Assembly: GCA_951813565.1 (NCBI GenBank)
Contig: OX638351.1
Coordinates: forward strand, 5,216,001 to 5,280,000
Direction: 5' to 3'
Length of the DNA stretch: 64,000 nt
Source of the DNA: an uncultured Poribacteria bacterium
Lineage (GTDB): Bacteria; Poribacteria; WGA-4E; WGA-3G
A model generated the notes under the pieces. That model was not told the DNA's origin, ran no database searches, and saw only the letters and a program-made list of their open reading frames with translations. Below, piece after piece: positions 8,817 through 17,144 of the stretch; the stretch's first letter is position 1; every line of letters starts with the position of its first letter. The position numbers were made by a program, and so were the translations under genes.

Positions 8817-10277
8817 TTACATTCTTTGCCGAAGTTTAAGGATTTTGAGCCACTTTTGCGCTTTAGGTATACTTATGTCAAGCGGTTCTTTCATCTCATA
8901 ACATTCGGTTTGCCCAGCATAGATGTGATGCCAATCAACAATGCACGGCATTTTCTGTTTTTTAAGGTTTCGCATGAGGTATCCGCGAACTCTTGCACGC
9001 GTATTGCAAGGTGCGTTACTGATAGCATCGCTAATTTGCTGGTCTGTGATAACCTGTCTCATACACCCTTCGCTTTGAAGTGCGTAAAAGATACTATTCT
9101 CAGGGTCAATATTGTGGTATTCTAAATCCAAACTTTTGAGCCATGGATCATCCCACGTCAACTCCTCTTCGTCTACTAAAGCATCAAGAAACCATTTCTT
9201 TGCTGCCCAATCAAGCCGCGTTGTAAGTCGTGTCCAATCCGTTTCAAGATCGTTGAGCACAGTTTCCCATTCGGTAAGAATCCACTTAGCAGTTTCGTCA
9301 AGTTCCGTTAATACGTTTTGGACAAAGTTGAGATATACGCGTTGAATGTCAATAGCAGAAACAGTGCTGCCGTTCTGCAAATCGACCTCCCATTTGAGAG
9401 AAGTATCCCGTGAGATGTGTCTGATAGCAGCAATAGGGTCAGCAAGATCGAGATTCGGTATCGGAAGTTTTTCTCCATGAATTTCATAATGCCGCTCAAT
9501 TGCATCAAGGATAAGTGCTGTTGTCCCAACTTTAAGGGCAGTCGCATATTCCGACATATTAGAGTCTCCTACAAGAAGATGGAGTCTGCGGTATTTTGTA
9601 TAATCACTAAGAGGCTCGTCACGAGTATTGATTATCGCTCGGCTAAACTGAATCCATTCATAGATTTCAGTGACGATGTGATCCGCCCGTTGGGAAATTT
9701 GGTATCCGAGAAAATCGTCAACGCTATATTGCCCATCTCCAAATTCAAGGATGTCATCGTATCCACCGACTCTGCCAGCACCAGCGTATATTTGGCGAGT
9801 CACAAAGAATGGGAGTAGTGTTGGGATGACGATCCTATAAAACGGAACATCACGGCGCGCCTGAAAGTTTTCGTGGCATCCGAAAGTTGCTCCTGTGAAA
9901 TGGTCTATGTTGTTTTTATAAAAGGCTACGTGTGCGGAAAGACCGGTATCCCGCAAAATTGCTGTGATGATGTGTTCAATGGCTTTATCGTAAGCGATGA
10001 GGTCAAACAGGTTTGCACATTCCGGCGTAGCATATTCAAGATGTCCCATATCAATGTAGAGCCTGCCGCCGTTGAAGAGGAAACCGCCATTGCCGGGTGG
10101 TTCACCCCAATCGCGATAGTGGAGATCGGGGATACCGAGTTCAAGTGTTTTAAAAACATAGTCTCTGACGCGCGCAGCAATACCTTCAGGTGATATTTTG
10201 ATACGTTGTGTCTGTATCGCCTGCGACTGTATCATGCACCCAAATTCGGTTTCGATACCCATTATTCTGTGTGTCAC
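8817..10277 (-). CDS. pafA: Pup/UBact-protein ligase (PafA)
   Basis: GIETEFG, NGGRLYIDMGHLEYATPEC, GCHENF, RAIINTRDEPL and RRLHLLVGDSNMS. Confidence 0.9.
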   Translation of the reverse strand: MTHRIMGIETEFGCMIQSQAIQTQRIKISPEGIAARVRDYVFKTLELGIPDLHYRDWGEPPGNGGFLFNGGRLYIDMGHLEYATPECANLFDLIAYDKAIEHIITAILRDTGLSAHVAFYKNNIDHFTGATFGCHENFQARRDVPFYRIVIPTLLPFFVTRQIYAGAGRVGGYDDILEFGDGQYSVDDFLGYQISQRADHIVTEIYEWIQFSRAIINTRDEPLSDYTKYRRLHLLVGDSNMSEYATALKVGTTALILDAIERHYEIHGEKLPIPNLDLADPIAAIRHISRDTSLKWEVDLQNGSTVSAIDIQRVYLNFVQNVLTELDETAKWILTEWETVLNDLETDWTRLTTRLDWAAKKWFLDALVDEEELTWDDPWLKSLDLEYHNIDPENSIFYALQSEGCMRQVITDQQISDAISNAPCNTRARVRGYLMRNLKKQKMPCIVDWHHIYAGQTECYEMKEPLDISIPKAQKWLKILKLRQRM

Positions 10278-10380
10278 GGATTGTCCCTCAATTTGGCTAT
10301 AGGCAATTGGTTATCAGCAGTGTAGATTAGGTAGAGCTTGCGAAACCCAACATGTTATGAATTTTTCAACGGTTGAGTTG

Positions 10381-10606
10381 TTGGGTTTCATGATTTTCTA
10401 CCCATAGGCGTCAACTTAAGGATAGATTTTCTTGTAGGAGTGAATCAACGCCAAATGCGCTTTTTGGCATTTGTCGGGTTTTCAACCCGATTTAACAGTT
10501 TGAGTCTCACAAAATCGAGCTTGAAAAGCCCTCCCACAAGAGAAAATCCAGCATTTTTTTCTTAAGTTGACATCTATGAGTTTTGCTTACGCTCTACCCA
10601 ACCTAC
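10381..10606. repeat. Composite MITE-B/REP repeat with one hairpin cassette
   Basis: Interior is an inverted homolog of 2535-2760. Confidence 0.75.
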
Positions 10607-10620
10607 GGGTTCCTGAGAAG

Positions 10621-11391
10621 TCAATTTGTTTCGCGTGCTGCCTGAATTTCGTCCTGTGTCAGGAGACGGAATTTTGTGTCACTGGACAAGGAAGAATCCA
10701 GTACACCTACCTCAATTTCCCTATCCTCTAATTCAGTTTTAATGGTTTCGTTTATCTGTTCGTCTGTTACTTCGGTATTGTCTTCTGCTTCTTCAAATCG
10801 TTGGCTTAACTCTCTACCGACTGCCCACGTTTTGAGTGCCAACGCAAGTGCATCAGCGAGATCATGTTTCGTCCCATTTTGTTCGGCTGCGAGGTAGTTT
10901 TGCATCGCGTTTTCAATTTCCGCGGTGCCGGCAATTACCGCTAATTCGTGTTGTACTTTAACGTTCCCGTCATAGTTAATATGCGTAAATTGTGTTTCTG
11001 ACTCACCATTACCGATTTCAACGAGGAGCATTTTTATTATGTAAGCTTCACCGACTATCGCTTCGAACGCTTGTTTGAAGGTGTGTGCCAAAACATAATG
11101 GGTCAATCGGTGTAGGTTTACATCTTCGGTAGCACTCTGAAAGGCTTGGACGCTTGCAGTATCTGTCACAAGCATTCGGAGGCGTTCGATATCAGCGGGG
11201 TGTCCGATAGCGGAGAGCGCAATTCTGTCATGAACTTCAAAGATTTTTTGAGCACTTTTACTAACAGTCAGTAGGAGGCTGCCTTGTGCGTAAGATAGTC
11301 CAACAACGGGACTTCCGGGTCTAAGTTGGTCTTCAATGTAGTCGCGCCGGTCCTGAATTGCTTCAATCCAACGATACGGCATATCGCGCAT
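10621..11391 (-). CDS. prcA: 20S proteasome alpha subunit
   Basis: GSPVVGL and KIFEVHDRIALSAIG. ATG overlaps the prcB stop (TAATG). Confidence 0.88.
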   Translation of the reverse strand: MRDMPYRWIEAIQDRRDYIEDQLRPGSPVVGLSYAQGSLLLTVSKSAQKIFEVHDRIALSAIGHPADIERLRMLVTDTASVQAFQSATEDVNLHRLTHYVLAHTFKQAFEAIVGEAYIIKMLLVEIGNGESETQFTHINYDGNVKVQHELAVIAGTAEIENAMQNYLAAEQNGTKHDLADALALALKTWAVGRELSQRFEEAEDNTEVTDEQINETIKTELEDREIEVGVLDSSLSSDTKFRLLTQDEIQAARETN

Positions 11392-12272
11392 TATGTCGCC
11401 TCCGCGTAACATTCTAATAAGTATTGGTCAGTGAGTGTTTCCACCCCTTGTTGTGTGATAGTTTTGAGAGTAGGAAAAATTTCGGCTTTTGCGTTGTATC
11501 CGCTGGTTGCTGCATCATACTCACTTGCGGTGTCAAGCAGTCTTAAAATAGTAATGGTTGCTTGTCGTTGATCCATCTGCTCCAATCGGGTTTCACCCCA
11601 TCGGTCAAGATAGCGTAGCACCCCACGTATCCAAATTGAACCGGAACCCGTCGTAGCGAAATCCACGTTTTCAAAGTGTGCACCGAGCGCGTCATAGAAG
11701 TATATTTTACCGCCGTTTTTTGATTCGTCAACTTGCGGCGCATACAAAGCAAAGATCGGTATAACTGCACCGATACCCTGCATTGCCATGGGAAGGTTTT
11801 CACGGATAAGACGTGAAAGCGTCCGCAATTTTCCTTCAACGCTGAGTTCTTGGAGTTGGCTCCGACGAAAATATTGGAATGAATGCTTTAAGACACGCGC
11901 TATCTCATAAGCCGTTGCTGGTGCACCAGAGATGGCGAGAACAGAATGTGTATCAATAGGAAGGACTTTCTCAGCACGGTCATGAACAACGGCAGTGCCA
12001 GCAGTTGCCCGCCTGTCGCCTGCAATAATAATACCTTCTTGATAACGCATAGCGACAACCGTCGTGGCTTCCGGTATTTCTAATGTAGTGCCGTGGGTTT
12101 GTCTTCCCTGCGATGGCAACTGAAAAGCATCGCGCATCGGTTCTTTTGCAGTTCGGAAAAGGTCTTGTGTTCCGTGTATATCAACTTCCGAAGTATCACG
12201 AGTCGTTTCAGCATCAAGTTGCAAGGTGTCTGCGTGTTTTAAAAGGCTGAGAAAGTCGCCTTTATGGTTCAT
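11391..12272 (-). CDS. prcB: 20S proteasome beta subunit with propeptide
   Basis: TTVVAMRY..IAGDRRATAG..EKV and TGSGS Ntn-hydrolase motifs. Confidence 0.92.
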   Translation of the reverse strand: MNHKGDFLSLLKHADTLQLDAETTRDTSEVDIHGTQDLFRTAKEPMRDAFQLPSQGRQTHGTTLEIPEATTVVAMRYQEGIIIAGDRRATAGTAVVHDRAEKVLPIDTHSVLAISGAPATAYEIARVLKHSFQYFRRSQLQELSVEGKLRTLSRLIRENLPMAMQGIGAVIPIFALYAPQVDESKNGGKIYFYDALGAHFENVDFATTGSGSIWIRGVLRYLDRWGETRLEQMDQRQATITILRLLDTASEYDAATSGYNAKAEIFPTLKTITQQGVETLTDQYLLECYAEAT

Positions 12273-12469
12273 TATTCCCCCGTTCTTTGACGGTATCGCC
12301 GTGATTGGTCTTTGTCAACGCGGCGCATACGTTTGAGGAGTTCTTGCGTGTCCGGTCTGTTAACATCCGGGCGTTTAGGTGTGTTGTTATCGTCTCCACC
12401 ATCGCCGGGTTCAACCGGTTTTACCGGTCTCTGTTTGCGTTCTGGAAAATAGACAATCTGGTCTTTCAT
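12272..12469 (-). CDS. ubact: Ubiquitin-like protein UBact (Pup analog)
   Basis: 65 aa, low complexity, ending LLKRMRRVD..RRYRQRTGE (UBact R[T/S]G[E/Q]). Sits between dop and prcB. Confidence 0.9.
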   Translation of the reverse strand: MKDQIVYFPERKQRPVKPVEPGDGGDDNNTPKRPDVNRPDTQELLKRMRRVDKDQSRRYRQRTGE

Positions 12470-12535
12470 CGGAAATTCTCCTTAATTGCTTTATGGAAGC
12501 AGTTTTTGGATTACAATCCCTCATACAGATTGGGG

Positions 12536-14053
12536 TTAGTGTAAACCAAGTTTTTCAACGAGGGTTTGGAGGTTTGGGGATAAGTCAAGCGCTTCATTAT
12601 ATTTTTGTGCGATTTCAGGGTTTGCGAGTGCGTTCATGTTGACTGTAACAGGTTTGCCTTTGATCTCAAAAGTAATGCTGTCCCACTGGACAGTTTTGAT
12701 TGCGTCTTCAAACTTGTTGAGGGACTTGCCACGAAAATAAGCACGTGTGTTCAATGGCGGTGTGTGTATAGCAGTCTGGATCTGTTCATCGGTTACAACT
12801 CGTTGCATCTGTAACCCGTAGAATAAACTCTCTTCAAGGTCAATGTTGTGGTATTCTAAATCAATGCTTTGCAGCCATGGGTCGTCCCACTCAATATCTT
12901 CTGATTCGACAAAGGTTTCCAGCAACCATTTTTTGGCGACCCAATCGATGCGGTCAGTAAGCATCATCGGGTCATTTTCAAGTGCGTTCAGTGTTTCCTC
13001 CCACTGTGTCAAGACCCAATCGGTGTCACCATTTTGATGTGTCAGATGTTTTTGTGCAAGTGCAAGATATTCGCGTTGATGGTCAATCGCGGAAATTATC
13101 TCACCATCAACTTTCTGTAGCAACCATCGATACGTTTGGTCGTGTGAAATCATTTTGATGGTATCAATTGGATTTGCAATTGCTAACGTTGTAGGAATAA
13201 GCCGCTGTTCAATTAGATCAATGACAAGTGCAGTTGTTCCCACCTTGAGTGCTGTTGCGTATTCAGACATGTTTGCGTCACCGACGATACCGTGAAGTCT
13301 GCGATATGTAGCAGGATCCGCATGCGGTTCGTCTCGGGTGTTAACGATGGGACGTTTGTGCATTGTATCCACACTTGCTTCAACGTGAAAAAAGTCGGAG
13401 CGTTGTGTGAGTTGAAAATGTCCGGGTGTTGCGAGTCCTGCTTCGGTTTCAATACCTATTTTGCCTGCTCCAGCAAAAATTTGCCGCGTAACGAAAAAGG
13501 GCAGAATGCAAGCTTTAAGATAATCAAAAGGCACCTCGCGTGCCATAAGGTAATTATCGTGGCACCCGTAACTATGTCCGTAAAAATCGGTATTATTTTT
13601 GTATAAAATAACGCGTTCGCCAAGCTCCTGACTACGTCTTTCGGCACATTTTTGGAGGATTCTTTCACCAGCTTTGTCGTGTGCAACGAGATCAAAGAGG
13701 TTTTGACATTCCGGTGTTGAATATTCCGGATGTGCGTGGTCATTGTAAAGTCGCGCACCGTTAATAAGGATACGGTCGCTTTTAATCTCGCGGAAAGAAC
13801 GTTCGGGTTGTTTGGCAAATCGCTCTCGGTCGCGTTTTTCTTCCTCCACTTCATCAGGATGATTATTGAGTTGCTTTGCTCGGAAACCACGGTCATCTCG
13901 AAATGGATCTTCACCACCATAATCCCAGAGCGGTAAGAACGGGTCGCGCCGATAATTCTTTATAAGCTCAATGGATTCCTTAACAGGATCAATTTGTTCA
14001 GCACTTTCGAGTGTGATGCCGTATTCGGTTTCGATTCCAAAAAGTCTTTGCAT
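12536..14053 (-). CDS. dop: Deamidase/depupylase Dop
   Basis: GIETEYG, NGARLYNDHAHPEYSTPEC, KNNTD and RPIVNTRDEPHAD. Confidence 0.92.
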   Translation of the reverse strand: MQRLFGIETEYGITLESAEQIDPVKESIELIKNYRRDPFLPLWDYGGEDPFRDDRGFRAKQLNNHPDEVEEEKRDRERFAKQPERSFREIKSDRILINGARLYNDHAHPEYSTPECQNLFDLVAHDKAGERILQKCAERRSQELGERVILYKNNTDFYGHSYGCHDNYLMAREVPFDYLKACILPFFVTRQIFAGAGKIGIETEAGLATPGHFQLTQRSDFFHVEASVDTMHKRPIVNTRDEPHADPATYRRLHGIVGDANMSEYATALKVGTTALVIDLIEQRLIPTTLAIANPIDTIKMISHDQTYRWLLQKVDGEIISAIDHQREYLALAQKHLTHQNGDTDWVLTQWEETLNALENDPMMLTDRIDWVAKKWLLETFVESEDIEWDDPWLQSIDLEYHNIDLEESLFYGLQMQRVVTDEQIQTAIHTPPLNTRAYFRGKSLNKFEDAIKTVQWDSITFEIKGKPVTVNMNALANPEIAQKYNEALDLSPNLQTLVEKLGLH

Positions 14054-14112
14054 TATTTATGTCTTTCTATGATATCCAGACAGTGTGTTGGACCTACGAT
14101 GAAGGTAGAGAC

Positions 14113-15891
14113 CTAAATCACCGGACTCGGAGTTTTTCGAGACTCTTTCTTTTCAGGTTGAATAGGCGTAACTTTGACAACATTCACAGGATCGTAATCC
14201 AAGAGTTTGAGCCAATCCTCAGTAGCCTCGGTCGGTGGGAAAATGTCATTTTCGCTATATTCGGCGTTAAGTGCGTCTAAGAGATCGTCTAAAGAAATAC
14301 CGGTCTCTGTATCAGGGTCAGCAATGGCGCGTTTCATTGCAGATTCTTTCGCTCTTTGAACAATAGACTCAATAATTGCGCCGCTACAAAGATGACCGCG
14401 ATAGAGAACGTCGCGTCTACCGCTGCGAAGGGCAACCTCAAGAAATCGGTTTTCTGTTGTTTCGCGAAACATTTCATCAACGATTCGTTCGATCAATCCG
14501 CCAACGATTTCTTTGTTAGCAGTTTGACCGGGTTCTGTTTCAATGGGGAGGTCCGGGGTTAGGTAGATACTGAATATGTCTTTGGCAGCGCCTTTATTCG
14601 GACGAATCACTTTGATTTTTCTATCAATTCGTCCTGGTCGAAGAATAGCAGGATCAATTAAGTCTGGACGGTTGGTTGCCAGAATGATGACAACCTCATG
14701 CAACGGTTCAATACCGTCCATTTCTGCACAAAACATCGGGACCAACGTGTTAGAGATGCTGTGTGAGCGCATAGCACGCCGAGTACCCAAAATGGATTCT
14801 GCTTCGTCAATAAAGACAAATGCAAGTTTACCTTCATCGCGTTTTTCGCGTGCCATCTGAAAAATTTCTCTGACTTTCCGCTCCGACTCACCAAGCCACA
14901 TGTTAAGAATTTCGGGTCCTTTAATGTGAAGGAATGTGCCTTCAATCTCTTCACCTGTTTCTGTTTTTAGACGTTCGGTTAAGTTGTAAGCAGTTGCTTT
15001 TCCGATAAGCGTTTTTCCACAACCAGGGGGGCCGTGGAGAAGAAATCCTTTTGGCACCGTATACTGAAACCGTTTGAAGAGTTCAGGATGCAGAATCGGT
15101 TGTTCAATGGTATCCTTAATCCGCTGAATGGTATCGTCAAGTCCGCCAACTTTTTCCCATGGAATTTGGGGGACAGCTTCAAGCGCATAGTCTTTCTGTT
15201 CTTTTGAGGCGATCCGTTCAATAGCAACTTTTAAACTTGCATCAAGGCGTACCTCGTCACCGGACTTTAGTTTGACATCTACTAAGTCGGAAGCGCGTTC
15301 TATAATAACAGATTGTAGGCTCGGTTCAGAGCCAACGCGTAGCCTGCCATCCGGAAGCACATCGGCAATTTTGGCAATTGGACCTGATTCTGTATAGCCA
15401 AGTTCCCCGATAACGACAAAAGCTTCGTTTAGGAGCACACTCACGCCTTTTTTTAGGTTTTTAGTCTCCAGTTGCGGGTCAATATTGGCATAGTATTCGG
15501 ATCCGCCAACGGTAACGCGCGCAGTATCGTCTTTAGGTATTGCGAGGAGTGTTCCGATACGGTTCGCGGGTGCGGTCAGTTTTTCAATTTGTTCTTCCAT
15601 CTCAGCGTGTATGCGGATTGCTTCCTGCTCAATTGCCTGGACTCTTTGGCGAAATTCGCCCTCATCACTGATGATAGAACGACGTAATTCAATTAGCCAA
15701 CGTCTTCTCTGGTCCTCCACAGGTGTTTCCGAGATGATGTGGTGAATTAGTTGCAAGGAATAACCAGAACTCGCCTCTTCCTCTTCAATATCTTCATCCT
15801 CATCAAGTTCCAACTCATCCTCGTCTTCAAAAAACAGTTTGTGATCGTCGGGGCTTGCGCCAGCATCGCTACGTTTCTTCTTATCGTACAT
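14113..15891 (-). CDS. arc: Proteasome-associated AAA+ ATPase (ARC/Mpa)
   Basis: Coiled coil and OB domains, GPPGCGKT, FIDEAE and AILRPGRIDRKI. Confidence 0.93.
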   Translation of the reverse strand: MYDKKKRSDAGASPDDHKLFFEDEDELELDEDEDIEEEEASSGYSLQLIHHIISETPVEDQRRRWLIELRRSIISDEGEFRQRVQAIEQEAIRIHAEMEEQIEKLTAPANRIGTLLAIPKDDTARVTVGGSEYYANIDPQLETKNLKKGVSVLLNEAFVVIGELGYTESGPIAKIADVLPDGRLRVGSEPSLQSVIIERASDLVDVKLKSGDEVRLDASLKVAIERIASKEQKDYALEAVPQIPWEKVGGLDDTIQRIKDTIEQPILHPELFKRFQYTVPKGFLLHGPPGCGKTLIGKATAYNLTERLKTETGEEIEGTFLHIKGPEILNMWLGESERKVREIFQMAREKRDEGKLAFVFIDEAESILGTRRAMRSHSISNTLVPMFCAEMDGIEPLHEVVIILATNRPDLIDPAILRPGRIDRKIKVIRPNKGAAKDIFSIYLTPDLPIETEPGQTANKEIVGGLIERIVDEMFRETTENRFLEVALRSGRRDVLYRGHLCSGAIIESIVQRAKESAMKRAIADPDTETGISLDDLLDALNAEYSENDIFPPTEATEDWLKLLDYDPVNVVKVTPIQPEKKESRKTPSPVI

Positions 15892-16265
15892 TGTGAACGT
15901 CTCCTCACACTGAAAAAACTGACTTTACGATAGAGTTTACCACAATTCTAATCAATTTTGTGACTTTTTATCGCATGATTGCAAAAATATCAATTATCCT
16001 CAATTTTTAGGCGGATTTTAACTAAAAATTGTCTCATCTGTTGCAATTGTCATTAGTTTAACATATTTTATAAAATAGGTGCAAGTTAAAAGTTGATGTT
16101 TCCAATATAGTTTGTTCTGGTCGTAATCCTTAAAAAATACAGTGAACCATGACAAGTTTGTGCAGTTTAACAGGTATTGTAATACAAGGCAAGTTAAAAG
16201 ACAGGGTTATTTAGTTTTAAGAATTATCAGTTCCTGAGTTTTACTGTGAGTTTATATCGTCCGTC

Positions 16266-16762
16266 GGGTAGAACTTGCGAAACCCATAGGTATCAATTTA
16301 AAGATAAATCCCGTCAAACCTTGTAGGGCCAAATCACCGCCAAATGCGCTTTTTGGCATTTGGCGGTGTCTCAGTGCCCCGCCATTGCTGATGTATTCAA
16401 ACAACGGGCGGGCACCAAATCAAGAAATCAACGGTATGAACCATGGCGAATGCCATACGGGGAATGCCAAAGGGCATTCATACCGTTGATTTGGCGCATT
16501 CGTCTTTAGTCATTCACCGGGTCCGAATGCCTTTTGGCATTCCCCGGAGACCCGCCCCTACAATCGGATTACGGTGTTGTTTGGGTTAAAATGTGTGAAA
16601 CCTGAAATAAATCCTTAAGTTGACACCTTCTTGTGGGAGGGTTTTTCAACCCCGATATATCGCGCTTAGAAAGCGCTCCTACAAGAGGATGTCCGAGGCG
16701 CGTTTTGGAAACGCGCCTCTTAAATTGACGCCTATGGGTAGAGCTTGCGAAACCCAACCTAC
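16266..16762. repeat. Large composite MITE-B/REP cluster with several hairpin cassettes
   Basis: Duplicated GGGTAGARCTTGCGAAACC flanks, multiple GTAG/GTGG REPs and GAATGC..GCATTC hairpins. Confidence 0.7.
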
Positions 16763-16834
16763 AATATAAATTTTAGTCCACTCATCAACGGATAATTCTT
16801 AAAACTAAAATATTTGTCTGCCTTCCTTTTATTC

Positions 16835-16863
16835 TTGACACATGAAAAAAATAGAAGTATAAT
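16835..16863 (+). promoter_or_regulatory. Consensus sigma70 promoter for the wHTH-glgP unit
   Basis: TTGACA-17 nt-TATAAT. Confidence 0.75.
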
Positions 16864-16907
16864 TTATTTGACAATCCGCGTTCTAAAATATACTTTCGGA
16901 GGAAAAA

Positions 16908-17144
16908 ATGTTTGACGATATCGGGAAAACTGCCGGCGAAATTTGGCATTATCTTGAAAAACATGAGGAGGCATCTGTCGGAAAATTGACAAAAGAACTG
17001 AGACAAACTGAACGTATGGTACTCCTTGGCATCGGTTGGTTAGCCCGCGAAGGAAAATTAAACATCGAAAAACGGCAAAGAGCCACCTATTTCATGTTAA
17101 ATACCGCTTCTACTTCTGATAATAGGGAGAATACTGTAGAATGA
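16908..17144 (+). CDS. Small winged-helix protein (DUF2582-like)
   Basis: IGKTAGEIWHYL...LGIGWLAREGKL; GGAGG ribosome binding site. Confidence 0.8.
   Translation: MFDDIGKTAGEIWHYLEKHEEASVGKLTKELRQTERMVLLGIGWLAREGKLNIEKRQRATYFMLNTASTSDNRENTVE

Noticed and set aside
16202..16272. Second ISAs1 element (CAGGGTTATT start; related to 34259-34335)
   Set aside because: No transposase or matching opposite end was found. It is at most a short repeat remnant.
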